Shown here in pieces: positions 41,941 through 51,865 of a stretch of 64,000 nucleotides of DNA; within the stretch, counting starts at the first letter, position 1, and the number at the start of each line of letters is the position of its first letter. Both the position numbers and the translations under genes were made by a program. Source of the stretch: Longimicrobiales bacterium (lineage in GTDB: Bacteria > Gemmatimonadota > Gemmatimonadetes > Longimicrobiales > Gaopeijiaceae); NCBI GenBank assembly GCA_965219445.1, contig CBDCNQ010000005.1, forward strand, positions 1,216,001 to 1,280,000, given 5' to 3'. The notes under the pieces were generated by a model. That model did no database searches. It worked only from the letters and a program-made list of their open reading frames with translations, and was not told where the DNA came from.

Positions 41941-43758
41941 ATGCAAATCGGCTACATCGATGGTCCTAGGCTTCGGCGGGCTCTTACCGCAGGCTGCCAT
42001 TGGGCGCAGCGGCAGCGTGCGGAGCTCAATCGCATCAACGTGTTCCCTGTTCCTGACGGGGACACCGGGACCAACCTGTTCCTCACTGTTCAGGCGATCT
42101 CGGATCATCTCGGGCACAGCACAGCGAGATCCGTGGGTGTGGTGGCGCAGGAAGCCGCGCAGGCTGCTGTGATGGGGGCCCGCGGAAACTGCGGCATGAT
42201 GTTGTCCCACTTCCTCCTGGGTTTCGCTCGAAGCCTGGAGGGTCAGACCCGCATGGACGCTTCGGAATTCGGTGGCGCGTTGGAGGCGGGGGTCCAGAAT
42301 CTTTCAGAGGCGCTCGAGACCCCGGTGGAGGGTACGATTCTCACGGTCATGCGAGACACGGCCAGGGCGGTATCCGGCGCGGAAATCGAAGACATCGCTC
42401 CGCTCGCCGAGCACATGCTGGACCGGGCCCGCGACTCTTTGGAGCGGACCCCGGAGCTGCTGCCCGTGCTCTCGGCAGCGGGGGTCGTCGATGCAGGTGC
42501 GATGGGCTTCGTAAGTCTCCTGGAAGGCGTCGTCATGTTTCTGCGTGGGGATCCGTTATCCGCAGAAACCAGTGCGGAGTTCACGGCCGGCCCTCCGGTG
42601 TTGGCCTCGATCGAATATCCGGAGCCGGTGGAGAAGTATCGGTTCTGTACCGAGGCGCTCGTCCGTGGGAGCGACCTGCCCGATCAGAAAGAAGTTCGCG
42701 GCAACATGCGTACGTACGGTGACTCGATGATCGTGATCCGCTCCGATGACGTCCTCAAAGTTCATATCCACACGGATGAGCCCGACGAGGTCTTCTCCTA
42801 TCTGAAAGGATTGGGTGACTTGGTCACCCACAAGGCGGAGGACATGAGGGCTCAGTACGATGCGGTCGAGCGCGCCTCGGATTCGCATCTCTCGCTCGCG
42901 CGTCGTCCAGTGGGGGTTCTCACCGACAGTGCCGCCGACCTTCCCGAGGAGATCGTCCGCGCCCACGGTATCCAAGTCGTCCCGATGATGTTGGTCGACG
43001 GCGACGACGTGTACAGGGACGGGGTAGACGTGACGGCGGAGCGGTTCCACAAGATGTTGGCTTCACAGGAACAGCTACCGACGACCTCGCAACCGCCGCC
43101 CGCTTCATTTGTGGAGGGATTCAAACGGGCTGCGGCAGATGCCGAGCAGGTCGTGGGTGTGACCGTGAGCTCTGCTCTCTCCGGCACGTACCGGTCCGCG
43201 GAAGCGGCCGCTGGCGAGGAGCCAGATCTGCCCATCCACCTCGCGGACTCTCGGGGAGTCTCCCTGCTTCAGGGGCTCTTGGTGTTAAAGGCCGCAGAGT
43301 TGGCGGAGATGGCCGTAGCCGCCGATGAGATCGTCAAGGAGTTGGATCGCATCAGAGATCAATCGGGCGTCATGTTCACGATAGAGGCATTCGACCGACT
43401 CTTGGCGTCGGGCAGGGTGAGCCGGAGCAAGGCATTCTTCGGAGCCTTGCTGAACGTCAAGCCGATCTTGTCGATCGATCGTGAGGGCAAGGTGGTGCCC
43501 CGCGCCACGGCCATGGGTCGAGGGCGTGTCATCATGGCGCTCTTGGACGCCATGGCCGAGGACATGGAGCGTGTGCCGGAGACGGTTCGCTTCGGGATCA
43601 TGCACGTCGGTATTCCGGAGATCGTGCCGGAGGTACGGGACCTTTTGGTGACCCGCTACGGGGACGTGGAAATCCTAAGCGCGCCGATCACGCCGGTAAT
43701 CGCGACACACATCGGCATCGGGGCGTGGGGTCTCGCCTATATGGTAGAGGACCAATAG
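41941..43758 (+). CDS. DAK2 (FakA-like) plus DegV (FakB-like) fusion protein
   Basis: INVFPVPDGDTGTN, GARGNCG, EGTILTV, KVHIHT, then TDSAADLP, PTTSQP, SSALSGTY, IATHIG. Confidence 0.9.
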   Translation: MQIGYIDGPRLRRALTAGCHWAQRQRAELNRINVFPVPDGDTGTNLFLTVQAISDHLGHSTARSVGVVAQEAAQAAVMGARGNCGMMLSHFLLGFARSLEGQTRMDASEFGGALEAGVQNLSEALETPVEGTILTVMRDTARAVSGAEIEDIAPLAEHMLDRARDSLERTPELLPVLSAAGVVDAGAMGFVSLLEGVVMFLRGDPLSAETSAEFTAGPPVLASIEYPEPVEKYRFCTEALVRGSDLPDQKEVRGNMRTYGDSMIVIRSDDVLKVHIHTDEPDEVFSYLKGLGDLVTHKAEDMRAQYDAVERASDSHLSLARRPVGVLTDSAADLPEEIVRAHGIQVVPMMLVDGDDVYRDGVDVTAERFHKMLASQEQLPTTSQPPPASFVEGFKRAAADAEQVVGVTVSSALSGTYRSAEAAAGEEPDLPIHLADSRGVSLLQGLLVLKAAELAEMAVAADEIVKELDRIRDQSGVMFTIEAFDRLLASGRVSRSKAFFGALLNVKPILSIDREGKVVPRATAMGRGRVIMALLDAMAEDMERVPETVRFGIMHVGIPEIVPEVRDLLVTRYGDVEILSAPITPVIATHIGIGAWGLAYMVEDQ

Positions 43759-43761
43759 GTC

Positions 43762-44046
43762 TTAGGGCAGCGCCTCTCCGATGGCCACGATCGAATGCTC
43801 CGGCACAAGATGGAGATCGTCTTCGACCAGCCGCGCCGCTTCATGGAGGATGATGACGAGCGTGCCCGGCGTGAGCCCCTCGTCCTGTCCGGGGATGTCG
43901 TACTCGTCACTCGGCGTGTGGAGAACGATCTGTCCTCGCCGAAGGCTGCGGTCTGCGCACGTTCCGACCAAACGAACGGTCGCCCATCCCGGGCGCGGTG
44001 CCCATATGAGGTTCGTGGGAGTTCGAAGTCTCTTTTCAGACATCAT
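43762..44046 (-). CDS. Small hypothetical protein, GroES-like pattern
   Basis: Start overlaps the upstream stop; PRPGWATV...GQIV...LTPGTLVI...LVPEHSIVAI. Confidence 0.55.
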   Translation of the reverse strand: MMSEKRLRTPTNLIWAPRPGWATVRLVGTCADRSLRRGQIVLHTPSDEYDIPGQDEGLTPGTLVIILHEAARLVEDDLHLVPEHSIVAIGEALP

Positions 44047-44515
44047 AGTTCTTCGGGCTTCCGGCTCCTTCGTCACGCAATTTCTGGCGTCCACCGACTA
44101 GAAGATCATAGGTAGCCAACTGCGCCGCCGATAGTTCCGGCGGGAGCCCAACTACGAGTGCGCGCCCCTTCGTACCTTGGGGAACGTGGAGCACCATTCG
44201 ATCAGCTGGCGTGGGTGGCGCGTATGGGAGCCTTCGCCCGGTCGCATCGATCTCTATGGGCGTTCCGGTGACCGTCAACTCGGCCACGCGGCACCCGAAC
44301 TGCTGCCAAGCCGTCAAAGGATCGTCGCCGGCCTCGGCGATCGAGGGGAGGAGTTCGGTCTCGTAATAAGCCACCGCCTCACGGTAGGCCTCCGGGTTGT
44401 TCGCCTTCATCTCGCGAAGGCGCTTCCGATAGAACTCCCTCGGGTCCTTCGCGCCGGTCTGGCCCAGGGCCTCTTCGAAGATCTGGTCGGCCAGGTCGCG
44501 TATTGCTTGATCCAT
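44036..44515 (-). CDS. Hypothetical protein
   Basis: MDQAIRDLADQIFEEALG...DPREFYR; protein-like composition, coupled to the downstream gene. Confidence 0.7.
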   Translation of the reverse strand: MDQAIRDLADQIFEEALGQTGAKDPREFYRKRLREMKANNPEAYREAVAYYETELLPSIAEAGDDPLTAWQQFGCRVAELTVTGTPIEIDATGRRLPYAPPTPADRMVLHVPQGTKGRALVVGLPPELSAAQLATYDLLVGGRQKLRDEGAGSPKNYDV

Positions 44516-44589
44516 TCGCTCCGTAGCGTTGGCGGCCGAGTGGTGTCGCTGCTGCCCGCTGCTCAGAATCGCGACCTGCGTAAGGGGGG

Positions 44590-46638
44590 TCAACCGCGAT
44601 GCTCCAAGTGGCGGGCCTCCTCGACCATCCGCACGAACTCTCTTCGGTATCCCTCCAGGTCCGGGCCCACCGAATCTCGGGCCCAACGGAGAACCGCCGC
44701 CAGGTCCACGGCCCCGCGGTACTTGGAGTCGCGCAAGACCATGCCGAACGCCGCCACAGATGCAGCGAACGTAAAGTCCGACGAAAGCGTGGCATCGACG
44801 TCTCTCACGGCGTGGCTGATGAGCCGGCTCCGGCTCCCGGTAGGATCCTTGTAGCGCAATTTGACGAAGAGCATCTCCGGGCTGTCGCGGAGCGAAACCT
44901 GCTCGTCAGTGCGCTGGTAGCGTAACTCACCCAGGTCTCGAATATGTGTCCCCGTATCCACCCCCGTGGGAATGATTTCGTATAAGGCGGTGACGGTGTG
45001 GCCCGCGCCGAGATCCCCGGAGTCCTTTCGGTCGTCGTTGAAGTCCTCCGCAGCCAGAATACGGTTTTCGTATCCGATCAGGCGATATGCCTGGACATGG
45101 GCTGGATTGAACTCCACCTGGAGCTTCACGTCCTTCGCGATCGTGTGAAGGGTGCCCCCGAATTCCTTCACCAGCACTTTCTGGGCTTCGTGCGCGCTGT
45201 CTATATAGGCGAAGTTGCCGTTCCCATGGTCCGCGATCTGTTCCATCTTCGCGTCCTGGAGGTTTCCTGTGCCGAAACCGAGCACCGTCAAGAAGGTCCC
45301 TTCTTCCCGGCGCTGCTCGATCAAGCGGATCATCTCTGAGTTGCTCGACGGTCCGACATTGAAGTCGCCGTCGGTCGCCAGGATCACGCGGTTGTTTCCG
45401 CCGTCCATGTGATGTCGACGCGCCACGTCGTACGCCAGCCGTAGGCCGGCGCCCCCCGCCGTGGACCCCCCGGCCTCCAACCGCGAAAGCGCTTCGAGGA
45501 TGGTCTCCTTGTTCGCACCGGACGTGGGATCGAGGACCAGCCCGGCGGCTCCGGCGTATACGACGATCGCCACACGGTCTTGGGGCCGCATTTGGTTTAC
45601 GAGCATCCGAAGTGCCGACTTCAGCAACGGCAGTTTGTTCCTGGGCTGCATGGACCCGGAGACGTCCACGAGGAAGACGAGGTTGCTCGGGGGAAGGTCC
45701 TCGGTATCGACCTGCCGTCCTTGAATCCCAATGCGCACGAGCCGGTGCACGGTATTCCATGGGGCGGGTCCGACCTCCGTTTGAACCGAGAATGGATCGG
45801 GCCCCTCGGGGGTGGGCAGCTCGTAAGTGAAGTAGTTGATCAACTCTTCGATACGAACGGCGTCCGCGGGGGGAAGCTGCCCGTCACGGATGAAGCGCCG
45901 AACGTTGGAGTAGGACGCGCGGTCCACGTCGATTCCGAACGTGGAAAGTGGGTTGGCGCCCACAGCCATGAACTCATTCTCATAGATCCGGTCGTAGCCC
46001 TCACGCTGAAAGTCTCCGTTGTAACGTCCTCGAAGCCCTTGGCCTGCCGGTCGCTGACCGAGATCGGCCAGGCCCGACCGTCGCTGTTGCGGTTCGGTGC
46101 GACCCGAGTTCTCGTAGAGCGCCCTTTGTAGAGAGGGAGCAACCGACACGGCGTCCGTTCTTGCCCTCAACCGTTCAGCGTCCGCCCCTGCGATACCGCC
46201 GACAACCTCCACGGCGTCCCTGGCGTCACTGTCGTCGGGTGATTCGGAGGGTGCCGATGGTTGTAGAGCGAAGTCCAGGCGAAGCGATTGTGCGCCGAGA
46301 CTCACCCTCTTGGTCATCGGGGCGTATCCCACCAAATCGGCTCGAATTACAATCTCCGACCCGGCCGAGGCCGGAATCGTGAGTTGATAACGCCCGTCGT
46401 TCGCGGCCAGCGCGCTGAGGGTGAGGCCCTCCACGTGGATCTGTGCCCCCACGAGCGGGGCTCCGGAAACGGCGTCGGTGATCGTACCCGATACGACCGT
46501 CGCGTGTGTGTCCACTCGGGCGGTGGCCGTCTCGTTCGTGGTTGCCGTTGAGTTGGTAGTTGCCGTCGAGTTGGCGGTCAGCGGCCCGTCTGCGATCAAG
46601 CCAGTGAGCATCGCCAAGAGAAGAAAGAAGGCGCGCAT
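44590..46638 (-). CDS. YfbK-like von Willebrand factor A protein with carboxypeptidase-regulatory-like N-domain
   Basis: STFGIDVDRASY, LVDVSGSM, LATDGDFNVG, IAKDVKLQVEFNP, YRLIGYENR. Confidence 0.92.
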   Translation of the reverse strand: MRAFFLLLAMLTGLIADGPLTANSTATTNSTATTNETATARVDTHATVVSGTITDAVSGAPLVGAQIHVEGLTLSALAANDGRYQLTIPASAGSEIVIRADLVGYAPMTKRVSLGAQSLRLDFALQPSAPSESPDDSDARDAVEVVGGIAGADAERLRARTDAVSVAPSLQRALYENSGRTEPQQRRSGLADLGQRPAGQGLRGRYNGDFQREGYDRIYENEFMAVGANPLSTFGIDVDRASYSNVRRFIRDGQLPPADAVRIEELINYFTYELPTPEGPDPFSVQTEVGPAPWNTVHRLVRIGIQGRQVDTEDLPPSNLVFLVDVSGSMQPRNKLPLLKSALRMLVNQMRPQDRVAIVVYAGAAGLVLDPTSGANKETILEALSRLEAGGSTAGGAGLRLAYDVARRHHMDGGNNRVILATDGDFNVGPSSNSEMIRLIEQRREEGTFLTVLGFGTGNLQDAKMEQIADHGNGNFAYIDSAHEAQKVLVKEFGGTLHTIAKDVKLQVEFNPAHVQAYRLIGYENRILAAEDFNDDRKDSGDLGAGHTVTALYEIIPTGVDTGTHIRDLGELRYQRTDEQVSLRDSPEMLFVKLRYKDPTGSRSRLISHAVRDVDATLSSDFTFAASVAAFGMVLRDSKYRGAVDLAAVLRWARDSVGPDLEGYRREFVRMVEEARHLEHRG

Positions 46639-46741
46639 GGTCGTTCCTCCGAATCATGTCCTGTTGCAGGATCGAAGAAATCGGTCCCGCTCAACCTAGA
46701 GGACGAACAGAGGCTCCAACCTTGCACACCGAGGGGCCGGG

Positions 46742-47995
46742 TCAGCCGCCCGCGGCCATGGAGTCCAGGAACTCCTGATTGGTCTCGGTCCGGTTCATGC
46801 GCTCCAGCAGAAACTCGATGGCTTCCGTGGGCGGCATGTCGGAGAGGAAGTTCCGGAGGAGATAAACGCGGTTGAGTTCGCTGGGGGACAGGAGGAGCTC
46901 CTCCTTGCGGGTTCCGGACCGGTTGATGTCGATGGCGGGGAAGATTCGTTTGTCCGAAATGTGGCGGTCCAGGATCAATTCCATGTTTCCGGTCCCCTTG
47001 AACTCTTCAAAGATGACCTCGTCCATGCGGCTTCCGGTTTCGACCAGGGCAGTGGCGATGATCGTCAGGGAGCCACCCCCGTCGATGTTCCTCGCGGCTC
47101 CGAAGAAGCGCTTGGGCTTGTGAAGTGCGTTTGCGTCCACGCCGCCGGAGAGAATTTTCCCGGAATGTGGGATCGAGGTGTTGTATGCCCGTGCGAGGCG
47201 GGTGATGGAGTCGAGCAGAATGACCACCTCCTTCCCTGTCTCGACGAGACGCTTGGCCTTTTCCGACACCATCTCGGCCACCTGGACATGCCGGACCGCC
47301 GGTTCATCGAACGTGGACGAAATGACCTCCCCATCGACATGCTCTTCCATGTCGGTAACCTCCTCGGGACGCTCGTCGATGAGCAGCACGATGAGGTGCA
47401 CGTCGGGGTGGTTCGTCGTGATGGAGTTCGCCATCCTCTGCAGCAACATCGTCTTTCCGGCTTTCGGTGGCGAAACGATCAGACCTCGCTGGCCCATGCC
47501 GACGGGTGCGACGAGGTCCATGACCCGCATCGACATGTCTGTGTCGGAAACCTCCAAGTGGAGTCGCCTCTCCGGATAGCGGGGACGCAGATTGTCGAAG
47601 GCGACCCTTTGCTTCGCGTTGTCAGGTACGTCTCCATTGATGCTCTCGACCTTGAGCATTGCGAGGTAGCGTTCTCCCTCCTTCGGAGGCCGGACTTGGC
47701 CGAGAACCGTGTCGCCAGTGCGAAGATCAAACCGTTTGATTTGCGAAGGACTGACGTAGATGTCGTCCGGCCCGTACAGGTAGTTCCAATCCTGTGAGCG
47801 TAGGAATCCGTAGCCCTCGGCCAAGATTTCCAGGACGCCCTCGCCTCGGAGGACCACTTCGCTGTCGAGCAGGCTCTGTTCGATCCGGAAGATCAGATCC
47901 TGTTTACGGAGCCCGGAATAGTTGGAGATCTTGAGCTCCTCCGCGAAATCGTGGAGGTCTCCAAGGCTCTTACTTCTCAGCTGCGCGATATCCAC
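46742..47995 (-). CDS. rho: Transcription termination factor Rho
   Basis: [41 protein letters not shown]. Confidence 0.98.
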   Translation of the reverse strand: MDIAQLRSKSLGDLHDFAEELKISNYSGLRKQDLIFRIEQSLLDSEVVLRGEGVLEILAEGYGFLRSQDWNYLYGPDDIYVSPSQIKRFDLRTGDTVLGQVRPPKEGERYLAMLKVESINGDVPDNAKQRVAFDNLRPRYPERRLHLEVSDTDMSMRVMDLVAPVGMGQRGLIVSPPKAGKTMLLQRMANSITTNHPDVHLIVLLIDERPEEVTDMEEHVDGEVISSTFDEPAVRHVQVAEMVSEKAKRLVETGKEVVILLDSITRLARAYNTSIPHSGKILSGGVDANALHKPKRFFGAARNIDGGGSLTIIATALVETGSRMDEVIFEEFKGTGNMELILDRHISDKRIFPAIDINRSGTRKEELLLSPSELNRVYLLRNFLSDMPPTEAIEFLLERMNRTETNQEFLDSMAAGG

Positions 47996-48440
47996 GGACT
48001 GCTCCGAGGCCTTATCCGCTAGCGGCTGGACGGCCGATACGATGGGTCGGTGGCTGAAAAATTCACGGGGGCAGCACGCCTGCAACCTGCGAGGAAGTGC
48101 GGTGAGTTCCGCGTTGGCGGAACACCTGGAGAGACAAGTGGGGCTTACGAGGAAGTTGATCCGATTGTAATGAGCGAGACCGAGGGGGTCAAGAGTTTTT
48201 CGGGCCCGTAGCCCGAAGATCCGGGGGTCCCGCGAGCGTCGATCTCGGTGTTTTTCATCACTCCGATGCGGGCTTCGATTCTGCTCCAATCTGACGGATT
48301 TGCGTCCAGCCCCGTCGTGCGAAAGATGTTTCACAGAAAGGGGTTTCTCAACTTCTGCTCCAACAAGAACATTGACATTCTTGGTGCCCCGGATAAACAT
48401 TCGTTTACCTCTCGCTTTTTCGTATTTCTTCGGAGGTCAT

Positions 48441-48791
48441 ATGGGGCGGCACAACCGGGAGGGTAAGGGGGCGGACCAACAGGGTTACGAGTACCAGCTC
48501 AACTATCAGCCTGATTGGCTGCGGTTGGTCAAGGTCACTCGTACGCTAGACAGTGGGCGCCAGTCCACCAAGACGCTCTTTCGAAACCCAACGTCCCGCA
48601 GAAGGGAGGCGCCCTCCGAGAAGGTCCGCACGAGGATCGTTTCGCAGGGACAGGGACTGGACATGGAAGTTGCCGTGTCGGATCCCTACGGACACGTCCA
48701 CCGGGTCCAGGTCACCTGCATGATCCCCACCGAGGACGGCGGCTCGGAGGAAGTGACGTACACCCTCGAGGACGGCGTACCGGCTCCCTGA
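48441..48791 (+). CDS. Hypothetical protein
   Basis: GGAGG RBS; divergent from rho; TTGACA upstream at 48372. Confidence 0.7.
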   Translation: MGRHNREGKGADQQGYEYQLNYQPDWLRLVKVTRTLDSGRQSTKTLFRNPTSRRREAPSEKVRTRIVSQGQGLDMEVAVSDPYGHVHRVQVTCMIPTEDGGSEEVTYTLEDGVPAP

Positions 48792-48862
48792 GGTTAAGGG
48801 CCCTCAGGCCTGACTCGACACGAAGCTGGTCCCCTGGTTCGAGCCCTGGGTATCTTTGAGTC

Positions 48863-49645
48863 ATGAACGGTTTAGCGTTGACCCCGGTCGAGCACCTAGG
48901 CCGCTGGTCGATCAATAGCGTTCGATCGCTCGGAAAGGCGGGTTACCTAACCACCGGGGCGCTGCGCGCGCTCAGGAATGTCGAGATTTGGGGCCCTCGC
49001 CTCGTGACACAGATGGTCAGCGTGGGTGTGGCGTCTGTTCCGATCGCACTCTTCATCGCGACGTTCACGGGCATCGTGCTGGCACTCCAGGCGTCGTACA
49101 CCCTGACCGGCGCCGTCCCCATATACCTGGTCGGAACCATGGTGGGGAAGTCGATGATCCTCGAGTTGGGCCCGGTGCTCACCGGTCTCTCCTTGTCCGG
49201 ACGAGTAGGTGCCAGCACGGCTGCTGAGCTGGGGACCATGCGGGTTACGGAGCAGATCGACGCGCTGGAGACACTCGCGTACGATCCGTTGGCCTATCTG
49301 GTTGTTCCGCGCGTGCTCGCTGGCGTGCTCATGTTTCCAGTCGTGATCGTTCTGGCCTCGGCAATGGGGATTCTTGCGGGGTGGTTGGCCTCTCTCACCC
49401 TCCTCGACATGTCCACCGCTGACTTTGTCCGGGGCCTCCGGCTCTTCTTCCAGCCGTGGGACGTCCAGTTCGCGGCCATCAAAAGTCTGAGCTTCGGACT
49501 CATCGTCACCGGCGTGGGGTCATTCTATGGGTTCCATGCGAAGGGTGGAGCGGGGGGCGTCGGGGTGGCCACGACCCGTGCGGTGGTCGTGTCGAGCATG
49601 CTGATCCTGGTTCTGGACGCGTTCTGGGCGGTGGTCCTGCTGTGA
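48863..49645 (+). CDS. mlaE: MlaE family ABC transporter permease
   Basis: ELGPVLTGL..GRVGA..AELGTMRVTEQIDAL. Confidence 0.93.
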   Translation: MNGLALTPVEHLGRWSINSVRSLGKAGYLTTGALRALRNVEIWGPRLVTQMVSVGVASVPIALFIATFTGIVLALQASYTLTGAVPIYLVGTMVGKSMILELGPVLTGLSLSGRVGASTAAELGTMRVTEQIDALETLAYDPLAYLVVPRVLAGVLMFPVVIVLASAMGILAGWLASLTLLDMSTADFVRGLRLFFQPWDVQFAAIKSLSFGLIVTGVGSFYGFHAKGGAGGVGVATTRAVVVSSMLILVLDAFWAVVLL

Positions 49646-50391
49646 GCATCGTGCTCACGGACGTCCATCGGGCGTTTGGCCGGAACCAAGTCCTGCGGGG
49701 ATTGGATCTCGAAGTCCTGGATGGGGAGACACTCAGCGTCATCGGGTTCTCCGGAGCCGGCAAGTCGGTGGTTCTCAAACACATTGTCGGCCTGATTCGA
49801 CCGGACTCCGGTGATGTGGTCGTGGATGGCCGAAACCTGAGTGAGCTCGACGTCGAGGAACTCAACGCGCTCCGCCGTGACATCGGCTATGTGTTCCAAT
49901 TCGCCGCACTCTTCGACTCCATGAACATTGCCGACAATGTCGCGATGGGGCTTCGTCGTATACCGGGGATGTATGAAGAAGAGATCGACTCGCGTGTGGG
50001 TGAGTGTCTGGCGCTCGTCGATCTAGAGGGGACCGGAGACCGGTATCCGTCCCAGTTATCTGGTGGGATGCTGAAGCGGGCCGGGCTCGCTCGGGCCATC
50101 GCTACGAAACCGAAGTATTTACTTTACGATGAGCCGACGACTGGATTGGATCCCGTCACCGTGACGGTAATCGACCGACTGATCGTTCGGATGAAGGAAG
50201 AACTCGGTGTGACGGGGATCGTCATCACGCACGATATGGAGAGTGCCTACCGGATTTCCGACCGGATTGCGATGCTCTACGACGGCCGGATTCGGACCGG
50301 TGGGACCGTAGACGAGATCAAGGAGTCGGATGACCCTCTCCTCAGGTCGTTCATCGAAGGACGCCCTGAGCTGGCGGAGAAGGCTTCGTGA
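49642..50391 (+). CDS. mlaF: MlaF family ABC transporter ATPase
   Basis: GFSGAGKS, LSGGM, YDEPTTGLDP. Confidence 0.93.
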   Translation: MSIVLTDVHRAFGRNQVLRGLDLEVLDGETLSVIGFSGAGKSVVLKHIVGLIRPDSGDVVVDGRNLSELDVEELNALRRDIGYVFQFAALFDSMNIADNVAMGLRRIPGMYEEEIDSRVGECLALVDLEGTGDRYPSQLSGGMLKRAGLARAIATKPKYLLYDEPTTGLDPVTVTVIDRLIVRMKEELGVTGIVITHDMESAYRISDRIAMLYDGRIRTGGTVDEIKESDDPLLRSFIEGRPELAEKAS

Positions 50392-51398
50392 AGCGCCGCA
50401 TGGAGTTACTGGTCGGCTCGGTCGTTCTGCTCGGGATCGTCGCGGGCGTGTTCGGAACGTTCTGGCTCCAGGGCAGGCGGTTCGGAAGCGTACAGACGGA
50501 AGTCCACGTCTTGATGAGAGATGTCGGTCAGCTAGCCGTGGGCAATGCGGTGACGTCCCGAGGTGTGAACATCGGACGCGTCGGCAGCATCGCCCTCGAG
50601 GGGGGTGGCGCTGCCGTCCGAATCACGCTGCTTCTAGAGGGTGATGGGCTTCTGGCGGATGACGCGGTCGTGGTCATCGCTCCCGAGTCCCTGTTCGGGG
50701 ACTGGCAGGCCGAAATCGTGACGCGGTCTCGGTTTCCTCTGTACGACTACTATGAGGTTCCCGCTGACGAACGGCAGCGCGACGGCGTTCGGGTGCTGGG
50801 CGGATACATGCTTCCGGACCTCTCTCGCCTGACCGCCGTTGCGGATGAAGTCGCCCAGAATGTGGCGTCTCTCACGGATCGTTTCGACCGTGCGTTCGGA
50901 GAGGAGACCGCGGGCCAGATCTCGCAGGCCATCGACAACATGGAGGAGTTCACGGCGACCCTCGCACGCCTGGTCGACGAGCAAAGTGACCAGTTTTTGG
51001 GAATCGCCGAAGACGTACGGACTTCGACATCCGAAATCTCAGTGGTTCTGGCCACGGCCCGCGCGTCGCTGGAGCGGATCGATGCGTTACTGGCTTCCGG
51101 CGACGTGGACTCGATCTTTGTGAACACGCGAGTCATAACCGCTGAGCTCAGCGGCGTCTCGGGGGACATCTCAGCGGCCTCGCAGAGTCTTTCCGGAACC
51201 CTGACCCTCGCGGACTCGACATTCCTTTCGCTGAATCGCATCACGACCCGTCTTGAGGGTGCAGAGGGGTCGCTTGGACGCTTGATTTCCGATACCCTAT
51301 TTGCAAGTCGTGCCGAACGCCTTGTCGAGGAGTTGAACCTTCTCATGGAGGATATTCGGGCGAACCCGCGGAAGTACGTGCGCCTTTCGATTTTTTGA
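50388..51398 (+). CDS. mlaD: MlaD/MCE family protein
   Basis: N-terminal TM, VTSRGVNIGRV MCE domain, helical tail, NPRKY. Confidence 0.88.
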   Translation: MKRRMELLVGSVVLLGIVAGVFGTFWLQGRRFGSVQTEVHVLMRDVGQLAVGNAVTSRGVNIGRVGSIALEGGGAAVRITLLLEGDGLLADDAVVVIAPESLFGDWQAEIVTRSRFPLYDYYEVPADERQRDGVRVLGGYMLPDLSRLTAVADEVAQNVASLTDRFDRAFGEETAGQISQAIDNMEEFTATLARLVDEQSDQFLGIAEDVRTSTSEISVVLATARASLERIDALLASGDVDSIFVNTRVITAELSGVSGDISAASQSLSGTLTLADSTFLSLNRITTRLEGAEGSLGRLISDTLFASRAERLVEELNLLMEDIRANPRKYVRLSIF

Positions 51399-51414
51399 TT
51401 GGGACCCCCGCCCT

Positions 51415-51865
51415 GTGACCAAACGGAAGGCGAGAATCGAACACAGCTCCGGTGGCGTGGTGGCTCGGCATATGGACGGGGCCGTGCACCTGCTGCTGAT
51501 CCGTGATCCCTACGGCAAGTGGGGGTTGCCGAAGGGCCACGTCGAGGATGGGGAGAGCTCTCGCGAGGCCGCTTTGCGGGAGGTGCGTGAGGAGACCGGA
51601 CTGACAGGGCTCGATGCGGGTCCTTCGCTCGGTACCATCGACTGGTACTTCAGGTTCAAGGGTGAACTCGTGCACAAGTTCTGCGACTTTCCTCATGGCT
51701 TCTCGGGACGGAGACCCGAGCCCGGAGGTGACGGAAGGGATCACCGAGTGCCGGTGGCTTCCGGTGGAGGAGGCGATTGCGACTGTGGCCTACGATAACG
51801 CCCGAGAGGTTGTGGTACGGGCGGCGGACGTCCTGAACTCGAGTGAAGCGGACGCACTATTGTGA
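51415..51865 (+). CDS. NUDIX hydrolase, frameshifted near 51688
   Basis: Nudix box GHVEDGESSREAALREVREETG; C-terminus (FLMAS...EGITECRW) is in another frame. Confidence 0.85.

Noticed and set aside
46530..46580. Short tandem repeat encoding TANSTATTNSTATTNETAT
   Set aside because: It is an in-frame linker expansion in the vWA protein with no spacers, so not CRISPR.
48826..48850. tRNA T-arm-like sequence GGTCCCCTGGTTCGAGCCCTGGG upstream of mlaE
   Set aside because: The stem has a mismatch and I could not build acceptor, D or anticodon arms. No integrase is nearby to suggest an att site.
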